Assembly: GCA_030054295.1 (NCBI GenBank)
Contig: JASGCE010000009.1
Span: forward strand, 6,212 to 30,211
Length of the DNA stretch: 24,000 nucleotides
Source: Minisyncoccota bacterium
GTDB lineage: Bacteria; Pseudomonadota; Alphaproteobacteria; Elsterales; Elsteraceae
Direction of reading: 5' to 3'
Shown here piece after piece: positions 1 to 9,227 of the stretch. The translations under genes were made by a program, and so were the position numbers. Below the pieces are notes generated by a model that saw only the letters and a list, made by a program, of their open reading frames with translations, was not told the origin of the DNA and searched no databases. The number at the start of each line of letters is the position of its first letter. Position 1 is the first letter of the stretch.

Positions 1-542
1 AGTTTATCGGCCTTGGTCAAGACCAGCTGATAGACCACCGCTGCCGCATCCAGCATCTTCATGGTTTCAAGGTCATTGGCCTTGACTCCATGGCGCGAAT
101 CAATCAGCAAAAAAACCCGATTGAGATTAGCCCGCCCGCGCAGGTAAAGCATGATGAGTTCCGTCCAGCGCGCAACATCGCTCTTGGCCGCCTCGGCATA
201 GCCATAGCCCGGCATGTCAACCAACCACAACCGCCCACCCAAATCAAAATAGTTGAGCTCCCGCGTCCGCCCCGGGGTATTCGAAGCCCGCGCCAAATAT
301 TTCCGACCAGTCAAGCCATTGATCAAACTCGACTTGCCAACATTGGAGCGACCGGCAAAGGCCACCTCGGGTAAAACCGCCTCGGGCAAATGGTCGAGCT
401 GCACGACACCCTTAACAAAGTCACAGGGGCCAGCAAAGAGCAACCTTCCGCGCTCCAGCCGCTCCTTCTCAAGTCTAAGGGCCTCGGCAGCCGCCAAATC
501 ATCAAGGGAACTCAAGTCTCCATCCGCCGACCGATGTACCAT
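1..542 (-). CDS. engB: GTP-binding protein EngB/YihA; the C-terminal part runs off the left edge
   Basis: This ORF is not in the supplied track because it has no stop codon inside the window. My reverse-strand translation from the ATG at 542-540 gives [123 protein letters not shown]...[13 protein letters not shown]. It carries the P-loop GRSNVGKS plus the DMPGYG and TKAD GTPase motifs. It lies downstream of yidC, as is usual. The start codon is uncertain; the ATG at 542 would overlap the yidC 3' end by 31 nt. Confidence 0.85.
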   Translation of the reverse strand, partial: MVHRSADGDLSSLDDLAAAEALRLEKERLERGRLLFAGPCDFVKGVVQLDHLPEAVLPEVAFAGRSNVGKSSLINGLTGRKYLARASNTPGRTRELNYFDLGGRLWLVDMPGYGYAEAAKSDVARWTELIMLYLRGRANLNRVFLLIDSRHGVKANDLETMKMLDAAAVVYQLVLTKADK

Positions 543-2317
543 TGCTGCGCCACCGACAAAAGATTATTCCAAGCCCAGTAAATCACCAATCCGGCCGGAA
601 AACCCGACAGCATAAAGGTAATGACGATTGGCATCCAGGCAAAGATCTTGGCCTGAATCGGATCGGGCGGCTGAGGATTCATCTTCTGCTGCACATACAT
701 GGTCACGCCCATGATAATCGGCCACAGCCCCAGATGCAGCGACGACTGCACCCACAGCGGCAACCAATCGGGCGGAGTCCAGGGCAAAAGTCCAAATAGG
801 GTAAAGACATTGGTCGGGTCAGCCGCCGACAGATCCTGTATCCAACCAAAGAAGGGCGCGTGCCGCATCTCGATGGTCACAAACAGGACCTTGTAAAGGG
901 CAAAGAAGATCGGAATCTGAATCAAGATCGGCAAACAGCCCGAGACCGGATTGACCTTCTCCTTCTTATAGATCCCCATCATCTCCTGATTGAGTTTGAC
1001 CTTATCCTCCTTATACTTCTCTCGAATCTCCATAATCTTGGGGGTCAGTTTCTTCATCTTGTTCTGCATAATATAGGCGCGATTGGCCAGGGGATAGAAT
1101 AGCCCCTTGATAATCACGGTCATGACCAGAATCGCCACACCAAAATTACCCACCAGCTTGACCAGCCAGTCCAAAACGACAAAATAGGGGCGAGTCAAGA
1201 AGAAGAACCAACCCCAATCCACCGCATAGTCAAACCGTTGCACACCAAGGGTCTTTTGATAGGTCTCCAGAGTCTTGACCTCCTTAGCCCCAGCAAAGAT
1301 CCGCGAGGTAGACGATACCGAACCGCCCGCCGCGATAAGCTTGCCCTCGCCCAGCCAATCGATCTGATAGCCTTGCCGATCATTAACCTGACTGCTGCGG
1401 AAGCCAGTCTTGACCCTGCTGGCCTGATCGGGGATCAGGGCGAGTAAAAAATACTTGTCGGTCAAGCCCGTCCAACCACCGCGCGACTCCTGTTCAATCG
1501 CCGGAACCTCGGGCTTGAGATCGCCATAGTTATGCTCGACCAGCTTGTCATCAGCAACCCCGACAAAGCCTTCATGGAGGATAAAAAAGTCGGTGGTGGG
1601 CGGAATATTACTATGTACCGCGAGGTTATAGGGATAGAGGGTGATGGCGGCAGAACCCCTATTCTCGACCAGATCCGTCACCGTCACCATATAGTTCGCA
1701 TCGATCGAGAATTTGCGAATAAACCTCTGGCCGGTTTTGTTTTGCCAGGTCAGTTCGACATCCTGCCCAGGTTTTAAGACCTGTCCATTGCTGCTCCAGA
1801 CCGTCTCGCCATTGGGGAGTTCGATTTTGGTGTCGAGGCTGGTCCAGCCAGTGTCGGTGTAATAGGCTTCAGGCGAATCGCGCGGCGAGAGCAATGTCAC
1901 GGGGGGGCTATTGGCCTCCACCGTCTGGCGATAGGTGGGTAGGGTCACATCATCCAGCCGACCGCCAGTCAGGGAGATTGAACCCTGAATGCGCGGGCTG
2001 TCGATCTTGATTCTTTGGCTCTGGGCCAGGGCCTTGTCACGGGTCAAGATCGGACGAACTGTCGGAGCCACCGCCGCCATTCCCGTGGCAGAACTAACCG
2101 CCGTCGCCGCGGTCGCCAGCGGAGCCACACCCGTGCCAACCGCCGCCGGAGCGGCTGTCGTTGTACCTGTCGGTTTTTGCTGCAACAGGGCAATCGCGGC
2201 CCGGTCGCGGGCCTCCTGCTCCTGCTGCATCTTGGGCATGGCATATAAGAATTGATAGCCGACCACAATCAAGAGCGATAGGATGATGGCAAGGATTAAA
2301 TTACGGTTTTCCGACAT
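512..2317 (-). CDS. yidC: Membrane protein insertase YidC
   Basis: 601-aa ORF with an N-terminal TM helix, a large periplasmic domain and a C-terminal multi-TM insertase core ([67 protein letters not shown]). It sits in the canonical rpmH-rnpA-yidD-yidC order. Confidence 0.95.
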   Translation of the reverse strand: MSENRNLILAIILSLLIVVGYQFLYAMPKMQQEQEARDRAAIALLQQKPTGTTTAAPAAVGTGVAPLATAATAVSSATGMAAVAPTVRPILTRDKALAQSQRIKIDSPRIQGSISLTGGRLDDVTLPTYRQTVEANSPPVTLLSPRDSPEAYYTDTGWTSLDTKIELPNGETVWSSNGQVLKPGQDVELTWQNKTGQRFIRKFSIDANYMVTVTDLVENRGSAAITLYPYNLAVHSNIPPTTDFFILHEGFVGVADDKLVEHNYGDLKPEVPAIEQESRGGWTGLTDKYFLLALIPDQASRVKTGFRSSQVNDRQGYQIDWLGEGKLIAAGGSVSSTSRIFAGAKEVKTLETYQKTLGVQRFDYAVDWGWFFFLTRPYFVVLDWLVKLVGNFGVAILVMTVIIKGLFYPLANRAYIMQNKMKKLTPKIMEIREKYKEDKVKLNQEMMGIYKKEKVNPVSGCLPILIQIPIFFALYKVLFVTIEMRHAPFFGWIQDLSAADPTNVFTLFGLLPWTPPDWLPLWVQSSLHLGLWPIIMGVTMYVQQKMNPQPPDPIQAKIFAWMPIVITFMLSGFPAGLVIYWAWNNLLSVAQQWYIGRRMET

Positions 2318-2375
2318 GGGTGTTCCTTAAAAGACCTTCGGCTTCACTGCCGAACCAAGAGTAAGCCAAAACAAT

Positions 2376-2642
2376 CTATGGCACCGGATCATAGCCCGAG
2401 CCACCAAAGGGATGACATCTAAAAACGCGCTTCAAACCCATCCAACCGCCGCGCCAAAAACCATAGCTCGTCACGGCCTCCCGCATATATTCCGAACAGG
2501 TGGGATCAAAACGACAGACTCTCCCGCCGCCACTTCCGCTCATCATGTTGATGAGCGGCCCCAGGATCGACCGCCACAGCCAAACCAACAGAGTCACCAA
2601 CCCAATAGCAGGATTCCTTCTGTGCATCAATATAGCCCGCAA
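2376..2642 (-). CDS. yidD: Membrane protein insertion efficiency factor YidD
   Basis: 88-aa ORF with the YidD signature [10 protein letters not shown]...[14 protein letters not shown], located between rnpA and yidC. Confidence 0.9.
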   Translation of the reverse strand: MRAILMHRRNPAIGLVTLLVWLWRSILGPLINMMSGSGGGRVCRFDPTCSEYMREAVTSYGFWRGGWMGLKRVFRCHPFGGSGYDPVP

Positions 2643-2657
2643 AAATGCAAAATGGAG

Positions 2658-3128
2658 TCACTCGTCATTTTCTGTCTCAAGCCTGGTTCGAACCTGCCGT
2701 GGCTGCCCGTCTTGGGAATTGACCGCCGAACAGAGTTTAACAATCCCGCGTTCGAGATCATCTCGGAGATCAGACCAGCGGCGGGTAACAGTCACTTCCC
2801 TGGCAATCAGGACAAAATCCCAATGGGCTGCGGCGCGACCGGCCATAACCTCCGCCACCAGAGCCCGCAGCCGGCGTTTAGCGCGATTGCGCTCAACCGC
2901 GCCACCGACCTTACGGCTGGCCGTATAGCCAATTCGCGGTAAGGGAGAAGGGAGGGGCAAATCCGACTCGAACCCGCGCGGCCGTGCCAGCAAGACAAAT
3001 CCCGCCGCATGGTGTTTATAACGGGTCGAATTCATCCGCAAAAAATCAGCCCGCTTGACCATAGCGGCCAAGGGGACTGAATGATTCTTTGCATCAACGA
3101 AGGGTAAAGGCGAGGGGTTTACTGTCAT
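2658..3128 (-). CDS. rnpA: RNase P protein component RnpA
   Basis: 156-aa ORF containing RIGYTASRKVGGAVERNRAKRRLRALV, the basic RnpA motif, directly downstream of rpmH. A later in-frame start (MVKRADFL..., ATG at 3062) is equally plausible. Confidence 0.9.
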   Translation of the reverse strand: MTVNPSPLPFVDAKNHSVPLAAMVKRADFLRMNSTRYKHHAAGFVLLARPRGFESDLPLPSPLPRIGYTASRKVGGAVERNRAKRRLRALVAEVMAGRAAAHWDFVLIAREVTVTRRWSDLRDDLERGIVKLCSAVNSQDGQPRQVRTRLETENDE

Positions 3129-3198
3129 AGGCTATTGGCACCAACGATCATCAAGATGAAAGGGCCGCATGATCACAACCAGGCCTTAAGCAGCGGCA

Positions 3199-3333
3199 CT
3201 AGGCCGACAGCTTCTTCCGACCCTGGGCGCGACGACGAGCAATCACGCGACGACCACCAACGGTTGCCATCCGTGAACGGAAGCCATGACGCCTTTTGCG
3301 AACGATTTTGCTGGGTTGGAATGTGCGTTTCAC
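3199..3333 (-). CDS. rpmH: 50S ribosomal protein L34
   Basis: Too short for the ORF track. Hand translation of the reverse strand gives GTG start, then [43 protein letters not shown], then TAG (44 aa). An AGGAG lies 8 nt upstream of the GTG. Confidence 0.95.
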   Translation of the reverse strand: MKRTFQPSKIVRKRRHGFRSRMATVGGRRVIARRRAQGRKKLSA

Positions 3334-3364
3334 CTTAAGAACTCCTGTTTACTGGTTCGTGCCT

Positions 3365-3392
3365 TTGTAGTCGAAGCCGCCACAGCGGTCAA
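3365..3392 (-). promoter_or_regulatory. Candidate sigma-70-type promoter for rpmH-rnpA
   Basis: The reverse strand reads TTGACC (3392-3387), a 16-nt spacer, then CTACAA (3370-3365), about 30 nt upstream of the rpmH GTG. This is a pattern match only. Confidence 0.3.
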
Positions 3393-3466
3393 GGGATAAT
3401 TTTTGGGTGTGGTGGTGCAGGGAATTCTCCAGGGCATTTTATAAATTATCGCAGCAGTATATGAAA

Positions 3467-3645
3467 CCTCCCCTTCTTTAGAAGGGGAGGATAGAAAACC
3501 TTAGCGAAGCCGAAGGCGAGCGTTAGGTTTTCTTGGAGGGGTTGCTATTTCTTTATATTCAACATGTTAACCAACCCCTCCAAGTCTCGCTAGGCAGCAA
3601 GCTGCCAAGCTGCGACTATCCTCCCCTTCCTGGGGAAGGGGAGGT
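3467..3645. repeat. Nested-hairpin repeat, copy A (two inverted units around a 27-nt spacer)
   Basis: The left unit is CCTCCCCTTC-ttta-GAAGGGGAGG, atag, an internal hairpin, then CTTGGAGGGGTTG (3467-3544). The spacer is 3545-3571. The right unit is CAACCCCTCCAAG, an internal GGCAGC-aa-GCTGCC hairpin, ctat, then CCTCCCCTTCC-tgg-GGAAGGGGAGG (3572-3644). Copy A is roughly 90 percent identical by hand alignment to 10988-11169. Confidence 0.85.
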
Positions 3646-3674
3646 AAAGTGAGTCCATTATCCATAACCCCCCC

Positions 3675-4985
3675 CTAAACAAAGGGCAAATAATAGTCCC
3701 TTTTGGCGGTTTCATCGGCCAGGGCAGTGACCTCGGCGGCCTCGAATTTTTTTATGGCAATGTGGTTGGTGACCAATTCTGGCCCCAAAGCCTCGCACAG
3801 GGCAGTATCAGCGGCCAGATCATTCAGGGCCTCCAGCAAGGAACCTGCCACCGAATCTCGGCTATCCTGGCTGTTGATGCAATCGCCGGTCTCGGCCAAG
3901 GGCAATTCATAGTCATGAATAAAGCCAAGCCGCGCCGCCTGAAGCAGGGCCGCCGCCGCTGTATAGAGATTACAGCCCGCATCGGCCATCCGATGTTCGA
4001 TCCGCGACTTTGCCCCAGCCTCAGCCGAGAGGCGAACAGTCACGCCGCGATGGTCATAGCCCCAATTCTGCCAATAGCCCGACAGGCTGGCCGGTTGCAA
4101 CCTTTGATAGGAATTCATCGTCGGGGCCAGAATCCCGGCCAGGGCGCGGTGGTGCCGAACCATCCCCGCCGTCGCCCCACGCATTATTTTGGACATCTTA
4201 GCCCCCGCGAGATCGTCGCGGTGGGCATCGCCCAGGGCATTTTTACCCTCCTGATCGGCAAGGCTGATGTTATAATGTACGCCACTCCCTCCCAGGCTCA
4301 GGATCGGCTTGGGCATAAAGCTCAAGACCAGGCCACATTGATGGGCCACTTCCCGCGCCATTATTTTAAACAGAAAAATCTCGTCGACGGCCTTGACCGC
4401 ATCGTCAAAGACCAGAGCAAACTCGACCTGCCCGGGATCAAATTCGGTCTGAAAGGATTCGATCTTAAAGCCTGCCTCCGTTGCCCTATGCCACAGCTCA
4501 TCCATAAAACCATTGGGATCATTGATGGGGCCAGTACTATAGACAAAGGGGGCACCCATGGCGGCGGGCTGATAGGCGCCAGTCTGGCTGTTGCGTTCAA
4601 AAATATAGGCCTCGAGTTCAATCCCCAGTTTGGGGTTAAGCCCAAGTTTTTGCCACTCGGCCACCGCCCTTTTTAAGGCCCCGCGCCCGCACAGGGCCAG
4701 GGGCTGGCCATAGGCATCAAACTGGTCGCAGATGACGACATCGGTATCCTCCTCCCACCCTGTCCTAATATCTGCGCTACTGTACCGCGCCTCCATATCG
4801 GGTAGGCCAATGGTCAAGCCACCCCCCGGGGCATCGGTGAGCGTCCGACTATAGGTCAGGACATAGATTCCCAGACAGAAGCGCGAGGTACCGCCCGCGA
4901 CATTTGGTTTAAGCGGCGTATATTTGCCCCTCGGTAAGCCCAAATGGTCACTAAAGAACAGGCGCAATCTTTTGTTTTGGGTCAT
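3675..4985 (-). CDS. Glutamine synthetase family protein (gamma-glutamyl-amine/amide synthetase-like)
   Basis: 436-aa ORF with GS catalytic-domain motifs: GSGVHYNISL (compare GSGMHxHxS), NSYQRL (compare NSYKRL) and RIEHRMADAGCNLY (compare RxExRxxDxxxNPY). A strong AAGGAGGAG lies upstream of the ATG. Size and context suggest a PuuA/GmaS/IpuC-type enzyme rather than housekeeping GlnA; that part is inference. Confidence 0.8.
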   Translation of the reverse strand: MTQNKRLRLFFSDHLGLPRGKYTPLKPNVAGGTSRFCLGIYVLTYSRTLTDAPGGGLTIGLPDMEARYSSADIRTGWEEDTDVVICDQFDAYGQPLALCGRGALKRAVAEWQKLGLNPKLGIELEAYIFERNSQTGAYQPAAMGAPFVYSTGPINDPNGFMDELWHRATEAGFKIESFQTEFDPGQVEFALVFDDAVKAVDEIFLFKIMAREVAHQCGLVLSFMPKPILSLGGSGVHYNISLADQEGKNALGDAHRDDLAGAKMSKIMRGATAGMVRHHRALAGILAPTMNSYQRLQPASLSGYWQNWGYDHRGVTVRLSAEAGAKSRIEHRMADAGCNLYTAAAALLQAARLGFIHDYELPLAETGDCINSQDSRDSVAGSLLEALNDLAADTALCEALGPELVTNHIAIKKFEAAEVTALADETAKRDYYLPFV

Positions 4986-5042
4986 ATTGGCTCTCCTCCT
5001 TGATTTGGTTGGTTTGGTGAAATTATCGCTTTATCCTTTAGT

Positions 5043-5277
5043 AAGGTCTGAAAAACTCCAAATTTATAGTGCAACCCCTCCAAGCAAACCTAAATCTTGA
5101 CTTCGTCTTCGCTAAGGTTTGCTATCCTCCCCTTCTAAAGAAGGGGAGGTGTAAGCTATTGTAATCATTGCTTCTTTATCCCCCCTTCTTCAGAAGGGGG
5201 GAATAGTCGACCCGTCAGCGAATGCTGACATTCGTCAGCGGGTGAAGTTTACTTCTTAGTGAGACTAAGGGGGGTTG
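5043..5277. repeat. Nested-hairpin repeat, copy B (leader motif plus unit 1 forward plus unit 2 reverse)
   Basis: The leader AAGGTCTGAAAAA is at 5043-5055. Unit 1 (CAACCCCTCCAAG...GAAGGGGAGG) is at 5072-5149. Unit 2 in reverse orientation (TCCCCCCTTC-ttca-GAAGGGGGGA...CTTAGTGAGACTAAGGGGGGTTG) is at 5179-5277. The reverse complement of 5072-5277 matches 10860-11065 with about 9 mismatches in 206 nt by hand alignment. Confidence 0.9.
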
Positions 5278-6602
5278 TCTGACTGTATTTGTAAAGCGAC
5301 TTTATCAGACCCTCCTTTAGTAATATCCATCGGCAATGACTTGATCCCGCCAATAAAATTAGACCTGAGATAGCGATGGGGTTCGGTCAGGTCCATCGCG
5401 CCAACTCGGGCGATCCATTCTTGCAGAAACACCTTGACCTCCAGCCGCGCCAACCACATGCCGAGGCAGACATGGACTCCGCCCTGACCAAAGGCAATGT
5501 GCGGATTGGGATTTCGGCTGAGGTTAATCTCGTGCGGATCTTCAAATACCGTCTCGTCGCGGTTGCCCGAGACAAACCACAGAATCACCTTATCGCCTTT
5601 TTTGATGGTCTTACCGTGAAGCACCATGTCGCGCTTGGCCGTGCGTCGAAAATGCATGGTGGGAGAGGCCCAGCGAATCATCTCGTCGGCTGCCAGGGCC
5701 CAGACCTCGCTGTCATTACCGCCGTTACGCGCCGCCTCCTGTAACTGTTTTACCAGGGCCGGTCGGCTGGCCAGAGCAAAGAGAGTCGCCGCAATCGAAT
5801 AGCGCGTCGTGTCATTGCCCGCCGCAACCAGCAGACAAAAGAAATTCCTAAATTCCTGAACACTGATCTGATTGCCATTTTCGTCGGGCTGCAGGACCAG
5901 GCTTAGGACTCCCTCGGTGTCGCCAATCCGTTGCTTCTCGGCCATCAGTTTTTGGGCATAGTCAAACAGTTCAATCCCGGCCGGGGAACGGAAGGGCATC
6001 AGGCGATAGTCATCGGTATCGGTTTGATCCAGCACATGTTTGGTGAATTCAGGGTCGGTATTGGCAATCAGTTGATCGCCCTTCTCGACCAGCCATTCAA
6101 AGTCTTCATGCTTGGCCCCCAATATTTGCCCCAGAACCCGCATCGGAATTTGCCGCGCGACCTGTTTGGTGGCATCGATCTTTTGTTCCTTGAGGGCCTT
6201 TTGAATCACATCGATACAGATCTCGCGAATCTGGTTCTCATATTCCAAGACCACCGGTCGAGAGAAGGCCTTGCTGACAATCATCCTCAGGCGGGAATGT
6301 TCGGGCGGGTCTGTTTCTTGGAAGGTGCGCCGCGCCAGATATTCCTCCTCGGTCTGGTCTTCCATGCGAATGCCATGGGCTGAACTATAGTCCTGATATT
6401 CGCGGTTAATGGCCAGAATATCGCTATGGCGGGTAATTGACCAAAAGCCTTTTCCCTTGCCATCAAGGCCTGGCATCTCCTGCCAATAGACCGGGTCGTC
6501 GCGGCGCAGTTTGGCAAAGAAGTTAAAGGGCACGCCATGGATAAAACTATCATGGGATGCGAGATCAATCTCACCCTGATCGCTTGGTGTAAAACCTGTC
6601 AT
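5265..6602 (-). CDS. Cytochrome P450 monooxygenase
   Basis: 445-aa ORF with the I-helix AAGNDTTR, the ExxR motif (EMIRW) and the heme-thiolate loop FGQGGVHVCLG. No ferredoxin or ferredoxin reductase gene is present in the window. Confidence 0.9.
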   Translation of the reverse strand: MTGFTPSDQGEIDLASHDSFIHGVPFNFFAKLRRDDPVYWQEMPGLDGKGKGFWSITRHSDILAINREYQDYSSAHGIRMEDQTEEEYLARRTFQETDPPEHSRLRMIVSKAFSRPVVLEYENQIREICIDVIQKALKEQKIDATKQVARQIPMRVLGQILGAKHEDFEWLVEKGDQLIANTDPEFTKHVLDQTDTDDYRLMPFRSPAGIELFDYAQKLMAEKQRIGDTEGVLSLVLQPDENGNQISVQEFRNFFCLLVAAGNDTTRYSIAATLFALASRPALVKQLQEAARNGGNDSEVWALAADEMIRWASPTMHFRRTAKRDMVLHGKTIKKGDKVILWFVSGNRDETVFEDPHEINLSRNPNPHIAFGQGGVHVCLGMWLARLEVKVFLQEWIARVGAMDLTEPHRYLRSNFIGGIKSLPMDITKGGSDKVALQIQSDNPP

Positions 6603-6633
6603 AACCTCTCCTCCTCAATCTCTGATCATAGGT

Positions 6634-7449
6634 TTATGGCTCGATAATCTCCAGACTCTTGCCGCCATTCCAGACCACGCCAATCTGCCGATAGAAGGCA
6701 CCGATCATTTCGCGCGGCATCAGGCGGGTTAATTCTTCGGTCGGGGAGTCAAACAGCGAGAACTGTTCAACCTCCCCCTGCCAGACCGGGCCGCCTTCAA
6801 ATTTGGCGGCGGTCGATTCGATAAGTTCAGCAAAGACATCGCCAGAATCGGGCTGGGTGGAGCTGGTCTGGATGGCCGGGTAAAAACGGTGATGGGCCAT
6901 GGGGTGACCATTGACAAAGCCGTTCTTATCGGTGGTTTTGGTCAAGCGAATCACCGCCTCCGACAGGCGACGGTCTCCCGCTGCCAATGTCGCGCCAAAT
7001 CGCGCTCCAGCCTCCAACCGCGGCGCCGGGGCAAAGGGGTGAGGGCGAGTCATATGAATCGAACCCATTTTCTTGGGATAGCCCTGGTGAATCCCTCGCA
7101 ACATCGCAAAATCCTTATCGACCCAAATATAGACACAGCGCGAATAGGTCGCCCCCTGATAGTCACAGCGCACCACGACAAAGGCTTCTTTATATTGCGA
7201 GCGAATCGGGTCGAGCATCTCGTCATGGCTGGCACCACAGGATTGCCAATCGGCCCAGATCAAGGCCACCGCCCCCGGGTCATCCTTGGCCAGTTTTAAC
7301 GGCGGCGGCAGCAGTTCGGCAACCAGACTGGGATCGGTGCGATATTCAATGGTCAAGAGATCGCCAGAATAGTGCCAGGGCGGAGCGGGCAGAAGCGAAG
7401 ACTCACCGCTCCCCGACCTTGGATAGAAAAAACCTTTGTTACTGGTCAT
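6634..7449 (-). CDS. Acetoacetate decarboxylase (ADC) family protein
   Basis: 271-aa ORF. The N-terminal LLPAPPWHYSGDLLTIEYRTDPSLVAELLPPPL pattern and the size match my recollection of the ADC/MppR-like family. This was not verified by search. Confidence 0.65.
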   Translation of the reverse strand: MTSNKGFFYPRSGSGESSLLPAPPWHYSGDLLTIEYRTDPSLVAELLPPPLKLAKDDPGAVALIWADWQSCGASHDEMLDPIRSQYKEAFVVVRCDYQGATYSRCVYIWVDKDFAMLRGIHQGYPKKMGSIHMTRPHPFAPAPRLEAGARFGATLAAGDRRLSEAVIRLTKTTDKNGFVNGHPMAHHRFYPAIQTSSTQPDSGDVFAELIESTAAKFEGGPVWQGEVEQFSLFDSPTEELTRLMPREMIGAFYRQIGVVWNGGKSLEIIEP

Positions 7450-7461
7450 GATTATTTTCCT

Positions 7462-8310
7462 TTAACCCCGGATCGGTGCGCGAATGCCGCGAAACTCCCA
7501 GTCGCCGCCGAGGGCGGTCGAGACCACCTCCTCGGACTCAGTCGGTTGCGCCCCGACATCATCGCGAATGGCAGTTGGCCCCTCGACAATGAGGTTGCTG
7601 AGGCGACCCAGTCCCTCGACCTCGACCTCGACCAGATCGCCGGGCTTAACCGGCCGAGAAAAGGCTGGGGTACCCGACAGCAGGACATCCCCCACCTCGA
7701 GCGTGATGGTACGGGCAATATCCGCGACCAGATAGTGCATATCCCAGGTCATTTCGTCGGTATTGCCATCCTGTTTAATCTCGCCATTGACGAAGGTGCG
7801 GAGGTATTTATGCCTAAAGTCCCAACCCTCGACCAGACCCGGGCCGATGGGGCAAAGACTATCGCTACCCTTGACCCGCAGCATCGAACCCGCATCGGTA
7901 TCGCGGAAATCATGTAGCCCATAGTCATTGGCAATACTGTAGCCGCGAATATAGTCACCCGCTTGACTGGGGGAAATATTGCGGCAGGTGCGACCAATCA
8001 CAATGGCCACCTCCCCCTCGAAATTGAGCCATTTACAGCCCTTCGGCCGCACCACCGCGCCGCCATGACTGTTCAAGGCCGAGGTCGGTTTATGGAAGTA
8101 GGTCGGGGTCTTGGATAGTTTGATCTGGAACTCCTTGACCCGCGAGACATGGTTGAGATGGACACAGATGATTTTACTCGGCACCACCGGCGGCAGGTGA
8201 TGGGCGTCGCTAATCTTGATGCGGCGACCATCACCCGCGACCAAGTCTTCGCCATCGCGCACCACCTCGGCGACTATGCCGTTCAATAGGATTCTCCGAA
8301 TTTCGCGCAT
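7462..8310 (-). CDS. Fumarylacetoacetate hydrolase (FAH) family protein (HpaG / 2-oxo-ene-dioate hydratase or decarboxylase-like)
   Basis: 282-aa ORF with FAH-fold patterns: KIICVHLNH, FEGEVAIVIGR, SIANDYGLHDFR and GDVLLSGTPA. Confidence 0.85.
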   Translation of the reverse strand: MREIRRILLNGIVAEVVRDGEDLVAGDGRRIKISDAHHLPPVVPSKIICVHLNHVSRVKEFQIKLSKTPTYFHKPTSALNSHGGAVVRPKGCKWLNFEGEVAIVIGRTCRNISPSQAGDYIRGYSIANDYGLHDFRDTDAGSMLRVKGSDSLCPIGPGLVEGWDFRHKYLRTFVNGEIKQDGNTDEMTWDMHYLVADIARTITLEVGDVLLSGTPAFSRPVKPGDLVEVEVEGLGRLSNLIVEGPTAIRDDVGAQPTESEEVVSTALGGDWEFRGIRAPIRG

Positions 8311-8335
8311 GGTTTTTACCCCCCCTTTGCTATGG

Positions 8336-9202
8336 TTATTGTCGCTTAAAGTTAATATGAACCTGTCCGGTGCCGATTGAATTTTCGTAAAGACTATAGA
8401 GTTCGCCGCGGTCGCGCCAATTGGCCTCTCCCATCGCCGCGGCCATCATGAGATAGGGGCCAAAGGAGGCCTCGGGTTTAAAGGTGAGGAATTCGGGCAT
8501 GGTGGCAATGACTCGACCATGGTCTCCCGCCTTGAGCCATTCAATCCGCTCGAGATCCGCTGCGGCATGTTCGGGGCTGAAGATATGTTTAACCGCCGCC
8601 GATTCATGCTGGCGCAGCAGTTTGAGCGACCAGAACCTATGACTCATGGCCCCCGAAGCAATCAGCAGGATTTTGCGCGGCTTTTTAAAATCGGCAATCG
8701 CATCGCGCAGAGCCCGACCCGCGCGTAAAAAATCATCGGTCTCTGCCGTCTGCGGGCAGCTTATCGAGACCCAGGCCTCACTGCCATATTGCAAATATTC
8801 GGCGATATTGACCGTCGCATAATGGATCGGCAAATAGGGATCATCGATGGGGGTAATCCAGGTGCCATGGGCCGCGGCATGACCGGCCCAGGCCTGTGAG
8901 AATTCTGGATCGCCGGGCAGGTCATAGGGAATCTGACTCATGCCGCGTGGCAATTCTTCGGAGGTGAACTTGCCACTCCGCCTTTTATGGCTGGTGACGA
9001 CAAACTCGACGGTGGTAAACCAGTGGGAGTCAAAAACAATCACCAGATCGGGGCGGAGTTTTTCCATCACCTCGCTTTTAAAGCGATTCAGACCCTCGAC
9101 GAGACTAAAGTCCTCCCCCTCGTTCAACTCCCGTCGGATCGATTCGGGGAGCATGATGGTGGGAACATGGGCCAATAAAGCATTACCAACAACCTCTGCC
9201 AT
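8336..9202 (-). CDS. Class III (LigB-type) extradiol ring-cleavage dioxygenase
   Basis: The track ORF (8336-9355) overlaps the ALDH 3' end. The internal ATG at 9202 has a GAGGA Shine-Dalgarno sequence and gives 288 aa starting MAEVVGNALLAHVPTIM. The motifs VIVFDSHWF and ASGAMSHRF are typical of LigB/HpaD/MhpB-like enzymes. Confidence 0.8.
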   Translation of the reverse strand: MAEVVGNALLAHVPTIMLPESIRRELNEGEDFSLVEGLNRFKSEVMEKLRPDLVIVFDSHWFTTVEFVVTSHKRRSGKFTSEELPRGMSQIPYDLPGDPEFSQAWAGHAAAHGTWITPIDDPYLPIHYATVNIAEYLQYGSEAWVSISCPQTAETDDFLRAGRALRDAIADFKKPRKILLIASGAMSHRFWSLKLLRQHESAAVKHIFSPEHAAADLERIEWLKAGDHGRVIATMPEFLTFKPEASFGPYLMMAAAMGEANWRDRGELYSLYENSIGTGQVHINFKRQ

Positions 9203-9227
9203 TATAATTTCCTCGGTTCCATTAAAA

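Noticed and set aside
2337-2354. Hairpin TTCGGC-ttcact-GCCGAA between yidD and yidC, followed on the minus strand by GGTCTTTT
   Set aside because: It is only a 6-bp stem with a weak T-tract inside a conserved co-transcribed cluster. It is most likely incidental, or a minor processing or attenuation site, and it cannot be supported from sequence alone.
2412-2942. 176-aa and 142-aa plus-strand ORFs across yidD/rnpA
   Set aside because: They are antisense to two well-supported conserved genes and have no motifs.
3762-4676. 304-aa ORF on the plus strand inside the GS-like gene
   Set aside because: It is fully antisense to a gene with clear glutamine-synthetase motifs. Its composition is Arg/Gly/Pro-rich and low in complexity, as is typical of shadow frames. 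It has no Shine-Dalgarno sequence and no recognisable motifs.
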